64,000 nt of DNA, from positions 20,223 through 84,222 of the forward strand of contig JBBQFZ010000002.1 of assembly GCA_038322455.1 (NCBI GenBank), in the 5' to 3' direction. Shown piece after piece: positions 30,986-40,361 of this stretch. The position numbers were made by a program, and so were the translations under genes. Positions within the stretch are counted from its first letter, which is position 1; the number at the start of each line of letters is the position of its first letter. The notes beneath the pieces were generated by a model, which saw nothing but the letters and a program-made list of their open reading frames with translations, did not search any database and had not been told where the DNA came from. Source of the DNA: Gemmatimonadales bacterium. GTDB lineage: Bacteria; Gemmatimonadota; Gemmatimonadetes; Gemmatimonadales; Gemmatimonadaceae.

Positions 30986-31902
30986 GCCCTGCGGCGACGA
31001 TGAGAGTCGCTCCACGGCGAATCGAGCGCGTATTGCTGATCGTGAATCCCGCCTCGCGAAGGGGACTGCGGGTCCGCGCCAAGGCGGTGAAGGCTTTTGC
31101 CGACGCGGCTGTCGAGTGCGATCTGATGCAGACGCAGGCCCCCGGACACGCGGCCACGCTCGCCCAGGCCCACGCGCATGACTATGACGCGGTGTTCACT
31201 CTCGGCGGCGATGGAACGGTGATGGAGGTACTGGGTGCGCTTGCGCACAAGGGCCCGCCTCTTGGCATTCTGGCCGGCGGTACGGCAAACGTGGTGGCGC
31301 GCACGCTTCGCATCCCGCTCAATCCGGCGCGAGCGGTGCCGATTCTGCTCGCGGGCGACCAGGCTGTGATGGATCTTGGCAGGCTGAGCGATGGCCGAAG
31401 GTTCGCAATTGGTGTGGGTGTGGGGCTCGATGCGACGATGATCTCGGAAGCCCCGGCGAGACTCAAGAAGCGGTTTGGCTTCATGGCGTACGTCATCGGC
31501 GGCTACAAAGCGGTCATCCGGAATCAGAAGTTCAATCTGCGCCTGACCGTCGATGGCGTGGTCTACGAACGCCGCGCGTCGGCGATCCTCGTCGCAAACC
31601 TCGGGGCGGTGCTCAATGATCTGGTTGCTTTCGGCGACGGCATCGTTCAGGACGACGGCGTTCTCAATGCCTGCGTGTTCTCACCCGAGTCGTTGCGGGA
31701 CTCGCTACGGATACTGTGGAGAATGCTCCGGAAGGATTTCAGCCCGGATCCCTGCCTCTTCTACCAATCGGGTCGCGAATTCCACATTGAGACCAGCCCC
31801 CCGATGCCGGCCCAGGTTGACGGAGAGCTCCTGCCCAACACTCCACTATCGGTCTCTGTCGACGCGCTGGCTGGCCGTCTGCTCATCCCAAGAAATGGAT
31901 AG
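30982..31902 (+). CDS. Diacylglycerol kinase family lipid kinase (YegS/BmrU-like)
   Basis: LIVNPAS, LGGDGTVMEV, GILAGGTANVVAR, QVDGE. Confidence 0.9.
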   Translation: MSPAATMRVAPRRIERVLLIVNPASRRGLRVRAKAVKAFADAAVECDLMQTQAPGHAATLAQAHAHDYDAVFTLGGDGTVMEVLGALAHKGPPLGILAGGTANVVARTLRIPLNPARAVPILLAGDQAVMDLGRLSDGRRFAIGVGVGLDATMISEAPARLKKRFGFMAYVIGGYKAVIRNQKFNLRLTVDGVVYERRASAILVANLGAVLNDLVAFGDGIVQDDGVLNACVFSPESLRDSLRILWRMLRKDFSPDPCLFYQSGREFHIETSPPMPAQVDGELLPNTPLSVSVDALAGRLLIPRNG

Positions 31903-32038
31903 CGGACGGCGGGTCGGCTCTGGCACTGCGCGGCTTCGGACACCCATCGTGGGCACAAGTTTCGCTTTGTGGTTATAGTGGAATGAGAAACGATCCTGCG
32001 CGGCGGCGCGGGAGTTCGCCCGATCGCGAGAGGCAAGC

Positions 32039-32563
32039 ATGGAACACGGAAGTGCATTTCTGAAGAGCCGGGTGTCCAACGCCGTTGCGCAGCACCGGAT
32101 GCTTCTGCGCGCGCTGGGAGACCACGAGGCCCAAGCCGATGATGCGCGCTTCCGTGACCTCTGCTTTCACCACATTCCGCACATGCGCGAGAACCAGCGC
32201 ATGCTCGAGGAATACCAATCGCAACTCGGGGCGGTTGTCGGAACGGCCGAGAAGATTCTTGGAGCTGCCTTTGGCGCCGCTCGCGATCTGGCCGATGCCG
32301 CGCGTGAAAGCGATTTCCTCCGTCTCGTGGGGGATATCGCAATGGCCCGTCAAGCCGGGGACACATTCAAGACCTTTCGTGAAGCCGGCCGCATGATGGG
32401 TAATCGGACGCTTCAGGAGATCGGCGACGTCGGTGAACGGCATCAGGACGCATACGTCAGGGATGCGAACCGGCTCGTGCAGCACCTCTTCGTCGAGTAC
32501 ACCCAGGGAATCGACGGGGGAGCCCGCAAATCGACGGGTGCGCACCTCGAAGCGAATCCGTGA
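32039..32563 (+). CDS. Hypothetical helical protein, possibly a ferritin-like four-helix bundle
   Basis: GAGG RBS; 174 aa, all amphipathic helices, His-rich. The fold assignment is a weak inference. Confidence 0.55.
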   Translation: MEHGSAFLKSRVSNAVAQHRMLLRALGDHEAQADDARFRDLCFHHIPHMRENQRMLEEYQSQLGAVVGTAEKILGAAFGAARDLADAARESDFLRLVGDIAMARQAGDTFKTFREAGRMMGNRTLQEIGDVGERHQDAYVRDANRLVQHLFVEYTQGIDGGARKSTGAHLEANP

Positions 32564-32609
32564 GCCACTCCGCGCTTTCGAAGTACTGCTTGCGCATCGC
32601 GGCCTCGTC

Positions 32610-32638
32610 CTGACACCATACGGGGCCGGAGCTAACTT
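32610..32638 (+). promoter_or_regulatory. Sigma70-type promoter giving a leaderless mRNA for the DAP cluster
   Basis: CTGACA, 17 nt, TAACTT, 6 nt, ATG (32645); no SD sequence. Confidence 0.6.
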
Positions 32639-32644
32639 CTCCGC

Positions 32645-33643
32645 ATGACCGATGTCGTGTCGCTCGCGGCCGAGCTCCTCGCAATTCAATCGACCACTGG
32701 TTCCGAGACCGGCGCAGTCGATTTCGTATCGCGCTGGCTCGTCGCGCGGGGATGGAATGTGACGCTACAGGAAGTTACCCGCGGACGCGCAAACGTCTGG
32801 GCATCCCGCTCTGGCGGGGGAGTCACGTTCTCCACGCATCTCGACACCGTTCCTCCATATCTCCCGCCGCGGCTGGAAGGCAGCCGTCTCTTCGGACGGG
32901 GCGCGTCGGATGCGAAGGGCATCGCCGCGGCCATGATGGTGGCGGCGGACCGGCTGGTCGGAGATGGAGAGAAGCGCGTCGAGCTGCTGTTCGTGGTCGG
33001 AGAGGAGAAGGGCTCTGACGGCGCGCGGGCGGCGAACAATCTCGGATCGAAGAGCCGTTACCTGATCAACGGTGAGCCTACCGAGAGCAAGCTCGCAAGC
33101 GGTGCCAAGGGCTCCCTTCGCGCGACCATTCGGACGCGCGGCCGCGAAGCCCACTCGGCGTATCCGCATCTCGGGCGATCGGCGATCGAGCCACTCATCG
33201 AGCTTTTGCCCACGCTCCGTAAGCTTCCGCTTCCTTCCGATCCCGTGCTCGGCGAAACGACTGTCAATATCGGAACGATCAAGGGTGGAACCGAGGCGAA
33301 CGTGATTCCTGCGCACGCCGAGGCGGAGATCATGTTTCGTCTCGTAACGGATGTCGCGCCCATCAAGAAGATGATTAACGACTGGGTGAAAAACGGCAAC
33401 GCGGATGTGGAGTTCGGCTCCCACATACCCGCGCAGAAGTTTGCCACCGTCCCGGGTTTCGAGACTATGCCAGTTGCCTACACGTCCGACATTCCGCTTC
33501 TCTCGAACTGGGGCGAGCCATTTCTTTTCGGTCCCGGCTCCATCCACGTCGCACACACGCCCGACGAGTACATAGATGTCGAAGAGCTGAGAGCCAGCGT
33601 CGACAGCTATGAGCGGCTCGCTCGAACCCTCCTCTCAAGATGA
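32645..33643 (+). CDS. M20-family metallohydrolase (ArgE/DapE-like), probable succinyl-DAP desuccinylase
   Basis: STHLDTV, GRGASDAKG, VGEE, NGEPT, AHS, AHTPDE; heads the asd-lysC-dapB-dapA-dapD cluster. Confidence 0.85.
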   Translation: MTDVVSLAAELLAIQSTTGSETGAVDFVSRWLVARGWNVTLQEVTRGRANVWASRSGGGVTFSTHLDTVPPYLPPRLEGSRLFGRGASDAKGIAAAMMVAADRLVGDGEKRVELLFVVGEEKGSDGARAANNLGSKSRYLINGEPTESKLASGAKGSLRATIRTRGREAHSAYPHLGRSAIEPLIELLPTLRKLPLPSDPVLGETTVNIGTIKGGTEANVIPAHAEAEIMFRLVTDVAPIKKMINDWVKNGNADVEFGSHIPAQKFATVPGFETMPVAYTSDIPLLSNWGEPFLFGPGSIHVAHTPDEYIDVEELRASVDSYERLARTLLSR

Positions 33644-34728
33644 AAACGTCTCCTCTTCCCGGAAAACGCAAAACCAAATGGCCGGTGGCGGTGCTTGGCG
33701 CGACGGGAGCCGTCGGCCAGATGTTCGTGCGCCTTCTCGCGGACCACCCCTGGTTCGAGCTTCGGGAATTGGCGGCCTCGGAGAGATCCGCCGGTAAGAA
33801 GTACGGTGATGTGACGCGCTGGCTCGAGGGGGCGGCGCCTGCGGCTTCGATCATGTCGCGCCGGGTAATCGCGTGCGATCCCGGGGTCGTCACGGCGCCA
33901 ATCGTGTTTTCGGCGCTCGACGCAACAGTCGCGGGCGAGATCGAGGCATCCTTTGCGCAGGCCGGAAAATTCGTGCTGAGCAATGCAAAGAATTTCCGGA
34001 TGGAGCCCGACGTCCCCCTCGTGATTCCCGAGGTGAACGGCGACCATCTCGCGCTCATCGATGGGCAGCGCACAAAGCGCGGCTGGAAGGGTGCAATCGT
34101 GACGAACGCAAACTGTTCCGCCACGGTGGCCGTGGTGGCGCTCGCGCCGCTGCACCAGAAGTTCGGAATCAAGCAGCTCTTCCTCTCGACGATGCAGGCG
34201 GTTTCCGGCGCCGGATATCCCGGCGTCCCGTCACTCGACATTCTCGGAAACGTGATTCCGTACATCGCCGACGAAGAGCCGAAGCTCGAGCGGGAGATGT
34301 TGAAGCTGCTCGGCAAATACCAAGACGACGAGATCATCGACGCCGTTTTCAAAGTGAGCGCGCACACGAATCGTGTCCCTGTCGAGCACGGTCACACGAT
34401 CTGCATGACAATCGGCTTTGAAGAGAAGCCGACGCCTGAAGCCGCGATTCAAACGTTGCGCGAGTGGAGGGGATTTCCTGCAACCGAAGGCCTTCCGACG
34501 AAGCCCGAGCACCCGCTCATCGTGACCGATGCTCCCGACCGTCCCCAGCCCAAGCGAGACGTATCGGCCGGCGACGGGATGACCGTGACGGTGGGTCGCG
34601 TACGTCGTGACGCGGTACTCGATCTCAGGATGGTCGCCCTCGGGCACAACACGGTGCGCGGGGCGGCCGGCGGTTCTGTTCTGAACGCGGAGCTGCTCGC
34701 CGTCAACGGCGCGCTCGACAGCGCGTGA
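33640..34728 (+). CDS. asd: Aspartate-semialdehyde dehydrogenase
   Basis: VLGATGAVGQ, VIPEVN, TNANCS, MQAVSGAG, RVPVEHGH, GHNTVRGAAG. Confidence 0.95.
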   Translation: MKTSPLPGKRKTKWPVAVLGATGAVGQMFVRLLADHPWFELRELAASERSAGKKYGDVTRWLEGAAPAASIMSRRVIACDPGVVTAPIVFSALDATVAGEIEASFAQAGKFVLSNAKNFRMEPDVPLVIPEVNGDHLALIDGQRTKRGWKGAIVTNANCSATVAVVALAPLHQKFGIKQLFLSTMQAVSGAGYPGVPSLDILGNVIPYIADEEPKLEREMLKLLGKYQDDEIIDAVFKVSAHTNRVPVEHGHTICMTIGFEEKPTPEAAIQTLREWRGFPATEGLPTKPEHPLIVTDAPDRPQPKRDVSAGDGMTVTVGRVRRDAVLDLRMVALGHNTVRGAAGGSVLNAELLAVNGALDSA

Positions 34729-36083
34729 TCGTCGTAAAGTTCGGGGGGACGTCGGTCGGCGACGCGGAGGCGATAGCGCGGTCTGCCGCCATTGTGAAGG
34801 GACGACTCGCGCGCCAGCCGGCGGTGGTAGTCTCAGCCTTGGGCGGCGCGACGAATAGCCTGCTGGCCATCGGCGAGCAATCGGCCAAAGGACATCTCAT
34901 CGGCGCGCTCCGCGGCGTCGAGACCCTGAGGGACCGGCACTTTCAGCAGTGCGAGAAGCTGCTCGGCACCTCCGACGTGGCGACCGACGTCGCGTCCGAG
35001 ATGAGCGCGAGCTTCGACGAGCTTGCGAGTCTGGCCGAGGCTCTCTCAGTCCTTGGACACGCCACGCCCCGCAGCTTTGACGCCATCGCCGCGTTTGGCG
35101 AACAGCTCTCCTCCCATCTGGTCGCCGCTTACTTCAAGCTGAACGGAATTCCCGCCGAGCACGTCGACGCGCGCGACGTATTCACCACCGACGCGAATTT
35201 CATGACGGCCGAGCCGCAAACGGACGCCATCGCGGAAAACGCGCGCGAGATCGTGCAGCCGCTGATTCAGGATGGGAAGGTTCCGGTCATGGGGGGATTC
35301 ATCGGCCGCACGGCAGCTGGAATCACCACCACGCTTGGGCGCGGCGGCTCGGACTACAGCGCGTCGCTGCTTGGGGCGGCGCTGCATGCGGACGCGATCG
35401 AGATCTGGACGGATGTGGATGGGATGCTCACCGCCGATCCGCGTGTGGTGAAAGGATCCAAACTCATTGAGCAGATTCGATTCGACGAAGCGTCGGAGCT
35501 CGCCTCGTTCGGCGCCAAAGTCCTGCATCCGAACACCATCGCGCCCGCGGTGAGACTCGGAATTCCCGTTTTCATCTACAACTCGCGAAATCCCGGTGGC
35601 AAGGGAACGCGCATTACCTTCGACGCCCCGCGGCGAGCCGTGAGCGCGATTGCCGGAAAGGGCGGCGTAACCGTAGTGAAGGTTGGTGCGGCGAAGATGC
35701 TGTTCGCCCGTGGCTTTCTGCGCCGGGTGTTCGAGATTTTCGAGGAAAACGGCATCTCGATCGACGTCGTCGCGACATCGGAGGTTTCCGTGTCGATGAC
35801 CGTAGACGATCCGTCGGGACTCGAGTCCCTCGTCGTGGGTCTGTCCCAGCTCGGCGACGTCTCCGTCGAGCGCGATCGCGCCATCGTTGCGGTCGTCGGC
35901 GCCGCGATCAGCGAAGACAGCAGCTCCATGGGTCGCGCGATCGGGGCGCTCGAAGGGATCAAGGTTCACATGATGTCGCTCAGCGCGACGGGAATTAATC
36001 TCACGATCATCGTCGACGGCGATCAGCTGAACCCGGCGATGGACCGCCTCCATAACGCATTCTTCGGACAGGAACAGAAATGA
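34725..36083 (+). CDS. lysC: Aspartate kinase (lysine-sensitive, with ACT domains)
   Basis: VVKFGGTSV, TTTLGRGGSDYSA, IWTDVDG, ELASFGAKVLHP; two ACT domains. Confidence 0.94.
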   Translation: MIVVKFGGTSVGDAEAIARSAAIVKGRLARQPAVVVSALGGATNSLLAIGEQSAKGHLIGALRGVETLRDRHFQQCEKLLGTSDVATDVASEMSASFDELASLAEALSVLGHATPRSFDAIAAFGEQLSSHLVAAYFKLNGIPAEHVDARDVFTTDANFMTAEPQTDAIAENAREIVQPLIQDGKVPVMGGFIGRTAAGITTTLGRGGSDYSASLLGAALHADAIEIWTDVDGMLTADPRVVKGSKLIEQIRFDEASELASFGAKVLHPNTIAPAVRLGIPVFIYNSRNPGGKGTRITFDAPRRAVSAIAGKGGVTVVKVGAAKMLFARGFLRRVFEIFEENGISIDVVATSEVSVSMTVDDPSGLESLVVGLSQLGDVSVERDRAIVAVVGAAISEDSSSMGRAIGALEGIKVHMMSLSATGINLTIIVDGDQLNPAMDRLHNAFFGQEQK

Positions 36084-36796
36084 CAGATCCTGGCCGGAGC
36101 ATCGCGATCATCGGCGACGGCAAGATGGGTCAGGCGATTCGTGAGCTCGCGCTGGTGAAAGGCTGGAAGGTCGCCGCACTGATCGGCGAGAATGAGAGTG
36201 CGGGCGGGCAGGGAATCAACAGGAGTACGCTTGGAGGTGCGCAGGTCGCCGTGGAGTTCACGGAGCCCAAGGCTGCGGTCGCGAACATCGCCGCGACACT
36301 TCGCGCGGGCGTGCCGGTCGTAGTGGGGACAACGGGCTGGTATCAGGAGCTTCCCGAGGTGAGCAGGATCGCGAACGAGAGCGGCGCAGCGTTGCTTTGG
36401 TCACCGAATTTCTCGCTGGGCGTAAACGTCCTCATCGAAGTGGCGCGCTATGCGGGGACGCTGATGCGAGAACTGCATGACTTCGACGCGCACATAGTCG
36501 AGACTCACCACTCCGCCAAAAAAGATGCGCCGTCGGGGACTGCGCTCGCGCTCGGAAAAGCAGCCAGCGATGGGCTCGATCGACCGATACCAATCACCAG
36601 CGTACGGACCGGCTCGGTGCCGGGAACCCACGAGCTTATTTTCGACGGGAGGTTCGAGCAGCTCGCGCTGAATCACGTTGCGCGCGACCGGCTGGTCTTC
36701 GCCGAGGGAGCACTGACTGCCGCCGGCTGGCTGATCGGAAAAACCGGCGTCTTCACAATGCGCGACGTCCTCAGCCTTCCACCGCGCAAGCCGTGA
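36080..36796 (+). CDS. dapB: 4-hydroxy-tetrahydrodipicolinate reductase
   Basis: GDGKMG, VVGTTG, SPNFSLGV, ETHHSAKKDAPSGTA, FAEGAL. Confidence 0.94.
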   Translation: MTDPGRSIAIIGDGKMGQAIRELALVKGWKVAALIGENESAGGQGINRSTLGGAQVAVEFTEPKAAVANIAATLRAGVPVVVGTTGWYQELPEVSRIANESGAALLWSPNFSLGVNVLIEVARYAGTLMRELHDFDAHIVETHHSAKKDAPSGTALALGKAASDGLDRPIPITSVRTGSVPGTHELIFDGRFEQLALNHVARDRLVFAEGALTAAGWLIGKTGVFTMRDVLSLPPRKP

Positions 36797-36842
36797 GCTC
36801 GAGCGCGGTGAAACTCTGCCACCACCCCATCGTAGAGGAGCC

Positions 36843-37286
36843 ATGCCTATGATTCGCGCTAACGTCCTTGTCTCCCTCGCCGTCATGAGCGCACTCGCGG
36901 TTTCGTGCCGCCGCGCCGGTGATTCCGATCCTGTACCCGCGACTGTCCTCGGCTCGTACGAGTACGCCGCCAAGGGATCCACTCTCAGGAAGCCGTGGGA
37001 GTTCGCCGCGCTGCTCGAGCTCCGGCCGGACAAGACCTACGCGTTCACTTTCGACAAGACGATTGAAGGGCAGAAGGATTCCACGGAGAGAAGCGTCGGG
37101 ACCTACGTGGTGACGGGCGACCACGTTGTGATGAACGACCCCAGTGGGGGCAGAGCGGCCAAGGACGTTCACAATCTGCTGATCAGGCCCGACTCGCTCA
37201 TTCCCGAAGTCGGCTGGACCGCGGAGCTCTTTCTGAAGGGAGTCGGAGCCCCGAACATCGTATTCGTCAAGCGCGTGGGCGGCTAG
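36843..37286 (+). CDS. Hypothetical lipoprotein (lipocalin-like beta barrel)
   Basis: GAGGAG RBS; lipobox AVSC; VLGSYEY, LELRPDKTY, GTYVV strand pattern. Confidence 0.7.
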   Translation: MPMIRANVLVSLAVMSALAVSCRRAGDSDPVPATVLGSYEYAAKGSTLRKPWEFAALLELRPDKTYAFTFDKTIEGQKDSTERSVGTYVVTGDHVVMNDPSGGRAAKDVHNLLIRPDSLIPEVGWTAELFLKGVGAPNIVFVKRVGG

Positions 37287-37327
37287 TCACACTCGCTCTT
37301 CGCGGCAATCGCCGCGTAGATTACGGC

Positions 37328-38221
37328 ATGAAATCCCGGCGGCTTGCGGGCTGTGGAACCGCGCTTGTCACACCATTCACGATGCAGGGCGAGATCGACG
37401 AGCAGTCGCTCCGGTCGTTCGTCGACTGGCAGATCGCGAGCGGCGTGCATTTCGTCGTCCCGTGCGGCTCGACTGGTGAAGCCGCGACAATGACGCTCGC
37501 GGAACATCGGCGAGTCGTCGAGATCACCGTAGAGCAGACTGCGGGCAGAGTGCCAGTTGTCGCGGGCGCGGCGTCCAACGATACGAAGAAGGCGGTTGCG
37601 CTGTCGCGCGAAATGGCGTCGGCGGGTGCGACGCACCTGCTTCACGCCTCGCCGATGTACAACAAGCCGCCGCAGCGCGGGATCGTGGCGCACTTTCACG
37701 CAATCGCCGACGCCGTCGAGATTCCCATTGTGGTCTACAACGTCCCTGCGCGCACGGCCAGTAACATCGAGGCGGCGACCACGCTCGAGCTTGCCGAGCA
37801 CGAGAACATTGTTGCGGTCAAGGAGGCGTCAGGAAATCTCGCGCAGATCGGGGAGATCCTCCGGCATCGCCCGGCGCGCTTCTCGGTTCTCTCCGGGGAC
37901 GATCCGCTCACGCTTCAGGTGATGGCTGATGGCGGCGATGGCGTCATATCCGTCACCTCCAACGTCGCTCCCACACTCGTCGCGCAGCTGACCGAGCTAT
38001 GCGCCACCGGCGACTTCGCAGCGGCGCGGGTCATCCACCATCGCCTGGCCGAATGGACCGCCGCGGCGTTCGTGGAATCGAACCCGATTCCTGCCAAGGC
38101 GGCTCTGGCGCTGATGGGAAAGATGGCGAACGTGGTTCGGCTGCCGCTGGTACCGCTCGCGGACAGATTCGAGTCCACCGTGCGCGCGGCGCTCGTGTCG
38201 GTGGGAGCCCTTTCTGCGTGA
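37328..38221 (+). CDS. dapA: 4-hydroxy-tetrahydrodipicolinate synthase
   Basis: TALVTPF, GSTGEAATM, PMYNKP, VYNVP, AVKEASG, SGDD, ESNPIPAK. Confidence 0.96.
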   Translation: MKSRRLAGCGTALVTPFTMQGEIDEQSLRSFVDWQIASGVHFVVPCGSTGEAATMTLAEHRRVVEITVEQTAGRVPVVAGAASNDTKKAVALSREMASAGATHLLHASPMYNKPPQRGIVAHFHAIADAVEIPIVVYNVPARTASNIEAATTLELAEHENIVAVKEASGNLAQIGEILRHRPARFSVLSGDDPLTLQVMADGGDGVISVTSNVAPTLVAQLTELCATGDFAAARVIHHRLAEWTAAAFVESNPIPAKAALALMGKMANVVRLPLVPLADRFESTVRAALVSVGALSA

Positions 38222-39090
38222 CCGCTGACGACACGCGAGAGCTCGAGAAGCGCATCGACGCGCTTGCCGCAACCCCGGCCGGATCCTCGCTATTGGGAGA
38301 CGCGAGGGACGCAGTAGAGAGCCTCCTCGACGCTCTCGAGAAGGGAAGCATAAGGGCGGCCGACAAGGAGCCGGCGAGCGGCGAATGGCGCGCAGTTCCG
38401 TGGGTGAAGCGAGGAATCCTACTGGGATTTCGCGTGGGCGCAATGGTCGACATGTCGCTGGGATCGAGCAAGCCGGGCTTCGGCCTGCATTTCTTCGACA
38501 AGGACACGTATCCGCCGCGGGCGCTCAAGCTCGACGACGGCGTTCGTGTCGTGCCCGGCGGCTCCAGCATCAGGCGGGGCGCATATGTCGCGCGCGGCGT
38601 CGTGTGCATGCCGCCGATGTACGTAAACGTCGGAGCGCACATCGGGGCGGGGACGATGATCGATTCTCACGCGCTGGTCGGATCGTGCGCGCAGGTCGGC
38701 GAGCGCGTGCACCTGAGCGCCGCTGCGCAGCTGGGCGGTGTGCTCGAGCCTGTGAACGCCTCCCCGGTCGTGGTCGAGGACGACGTTATCGTCGGCGGCA
38801 ATTGCGGAATTTACGAGGGTACCGTTGTGAGAAAGGGGGCGGTGATCGGCGCCGGCGTGGTGCTCACGCGGGGAACGCCGGTATATGATCTGGTTCGAGA
38901 GACCGTGCACCGCGCCGACGCGGGACGCGCTCTCGTGATTCCCGAGAACGCTGTCGTGGTCCCGGGGGCGCGACAGGTGAAGGGAAGCTGGGGACAATCG
39001 CAGGGCATCTCGCTCCAGACTCCCGTGATTGTGAAGTACCGCGACGAAAAAACCGACGCGGCAACAGCGCTGGAATCTTGGCTCCGCTGA
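38218..39090 (+). CDS. dapD: 2,3,4,5-tetrahydropyridine-2,6-dicarboxylate N-succinyltransferase
   Basis: WVKRGILLGFR, DKDT, RRGAYV, YVNVGA, VGSCAQVG, GGVLEP; GTG overlaps the dapA stop. Confidence 0.94.
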   Translation: MTADDTRELEKRIDALAATPAGSSLLGDARDAVESLLDALEKGSIRAADKEPASGEWRAVPWVKRGILLGFRVGAMVDMSLGSSKPGFGLHFFDKDTYPPRALKLDDGVRVVPGGSSIRRGAYVARGVVCMPPMYVNVGAHIGAGTMIDSHALVGSCAQVGERVHLSAAAQLGGVLEPVNASPVVVEDDVIVGGNCGIYEGTVVRKGAVIGAGVVLTRGTPVYDLVRETVHRADAGRALVIPENAVVVPGARQVKGSWGQSQGISLQTPVIVKYRDEKTDAATALESWLR

Positions 39091-40361
39091 CCGTTGCCGG
39101 GCGTCTCAAGGTTCCCGGCGACAAGTCTATCTCACACCGCTCGCTGATTCTCGCGTCGCTCGCCGACGGGGAATCGCGAATCACCGGGATCCTGGACTCG
39201 GAAGACGTTCGCTCGACCGCCGGGGTCCTTCGCGCGATGGGGGCTCAAATCCCCGAGCTGTCGCAGGAGATGCTGGTGCGCGGATCTGGCCTGCGGGGAT
39301 TGCGTCCGCCAAAGGGACCGCTCGACTGCGGTAACAGCGGCACCACGACCCGGCTTGTCGCGGGCGTGGTCGCCGGCCATCCCTTTTCTGCGCGCTTCGA
39401 AGGCGACGCCAGTCTCAGCCGCCGGCCAATGAAGCGCATCGCCGAGCCCCTCGCCTACATGGGCGCACGCTTCGTTTTCGAGGGCGGCGATGGGCTTCCG
39501 ATGACCGTTCATGGCGTAGAGCTGCGGAGCATCGATTGGGATACGAAAACGGCGAGCGCTCAGGTGAAGAGCGCCATCCTTCTCGCGGGGCTCGTCTCGC
39601 AGGTAGAGGTTCGGGTGACCGAGAGCGGCAGGTCGCGCGATCACACCGAGAAAATGCTTCGAGCCATGGGCGTCGATGTAGAAAACGACGGGACTCAGGT
39701 TTGCCTGAGACCTTCGCGAAAGTTGAACGCAGTTGACATCGCCGTACCCTCCGACCCTTCCTCGGCGGCCTTTTTTATCGCGGCCGCGGCACTGGCGCGA
39801 GAAGGCGAGCTCCGGCTGGAAGATGTGTGTCTCAATCCGACGCGAATCGGCTTTATCGAGGCGATCAGGAAAATGGGCGGCAACATTGTCGCAGCGACCC
39901 GCCTCAGCGCGGCTGGCGAAGAGATCGGCACCCTCACGGTGCGTCCCTCTGTGCTCGGGGATATAAGAGTGACGGAGGCAGAGGTCCCTTCGCTGATCGA
40001 CGAGCTGCCGCTTCTGGCGTGCGTCGCCGCCGCCGCCGGTGTCGAGCTCGAGGTTACGGGTGCCTCCGAGCTGCGGGTGAAGGAGAGTGATCGCATCAGC
40101 GTCGTCGTCCAGAATCTTCGCGCGGTTGGTGTCGGCGCGGATGAAATGCCGGACGGCCTTCGTGTGCGCCGGGCGAGACCGGCGACAGCCGCGGCGAGAA
40201 AGTTCTCGGGTGTCGTGGACCCTCGCGGAGACCATCGAATCGCGATGGCATTCGGCGTTCTCTCCGCTGTGTCGGGGAACCAGATCAGGATCCTCGATCC
40301 GGAAATCGTGGCCGTGTCGTACCCGCGCTTCTGGGAAGATCTCAGGCGGGTCGTGTCGTGA
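39078..40361 (+). CDS. aroA: 3-phosphoshikimate 1-carboxyvinyltransferase
   Basis: PGDKSISHR, CGNSGTTTRL, SAQVKSAILLAG, RDHTE, IDELP, RVKESDR, DHRIAMA. Confidence 0.96.
   Translation: MAPLTVAGRLKVPGDKSISHRSLILASLADGESRITGILDSEDVRSTAGVLRAMGAQIPELSQEMLVRGSGLRGLRPPKGPLDCGNSGTTTRLVAGVVAGHPFSARFEGDASLSRRPMKRIAEPLAYMGARFVFEGGDGLPMTVHGVELRSIDWDTKTASAQVKSAILLAGLVSQVEVRVTESGRSRDHTEKMLRAMGVDVENDGTQVCLRPSRKLNAVDIAVPSDPSSAAFFIAAAALAREGELRLEDVCLNPTRIGFIEAIRKMGGNIVAATRLSAAGEEIGTLTVRPSVLGDIRVTEAEVPSLIDELPLLACVAAAAGVELEVTGASELRVKESDRISVVVQNLRAVGVGADEMPDGLRVRRARPATAAARKFSGVVDPRGDHRIAMAFGVLSAVSGNQIRILDPEIVAVSYPRFWEDLRRVVS

Noticed and set aside
31983-32063. 26-codon ORF (MRNDPARRRG...) overlapping the start of the 32039 gene
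   Set aside because: No RBS, low-complexity translation, and the downstream gene has its own RBS; probably chance.
28386-32563. Possible genomic island integrated at tRNA-Leu or tRNA-Gly
   Set aside because: No integrase, no duplicated tRNA 3' end that I could find downstream, and no evident compositional shift.
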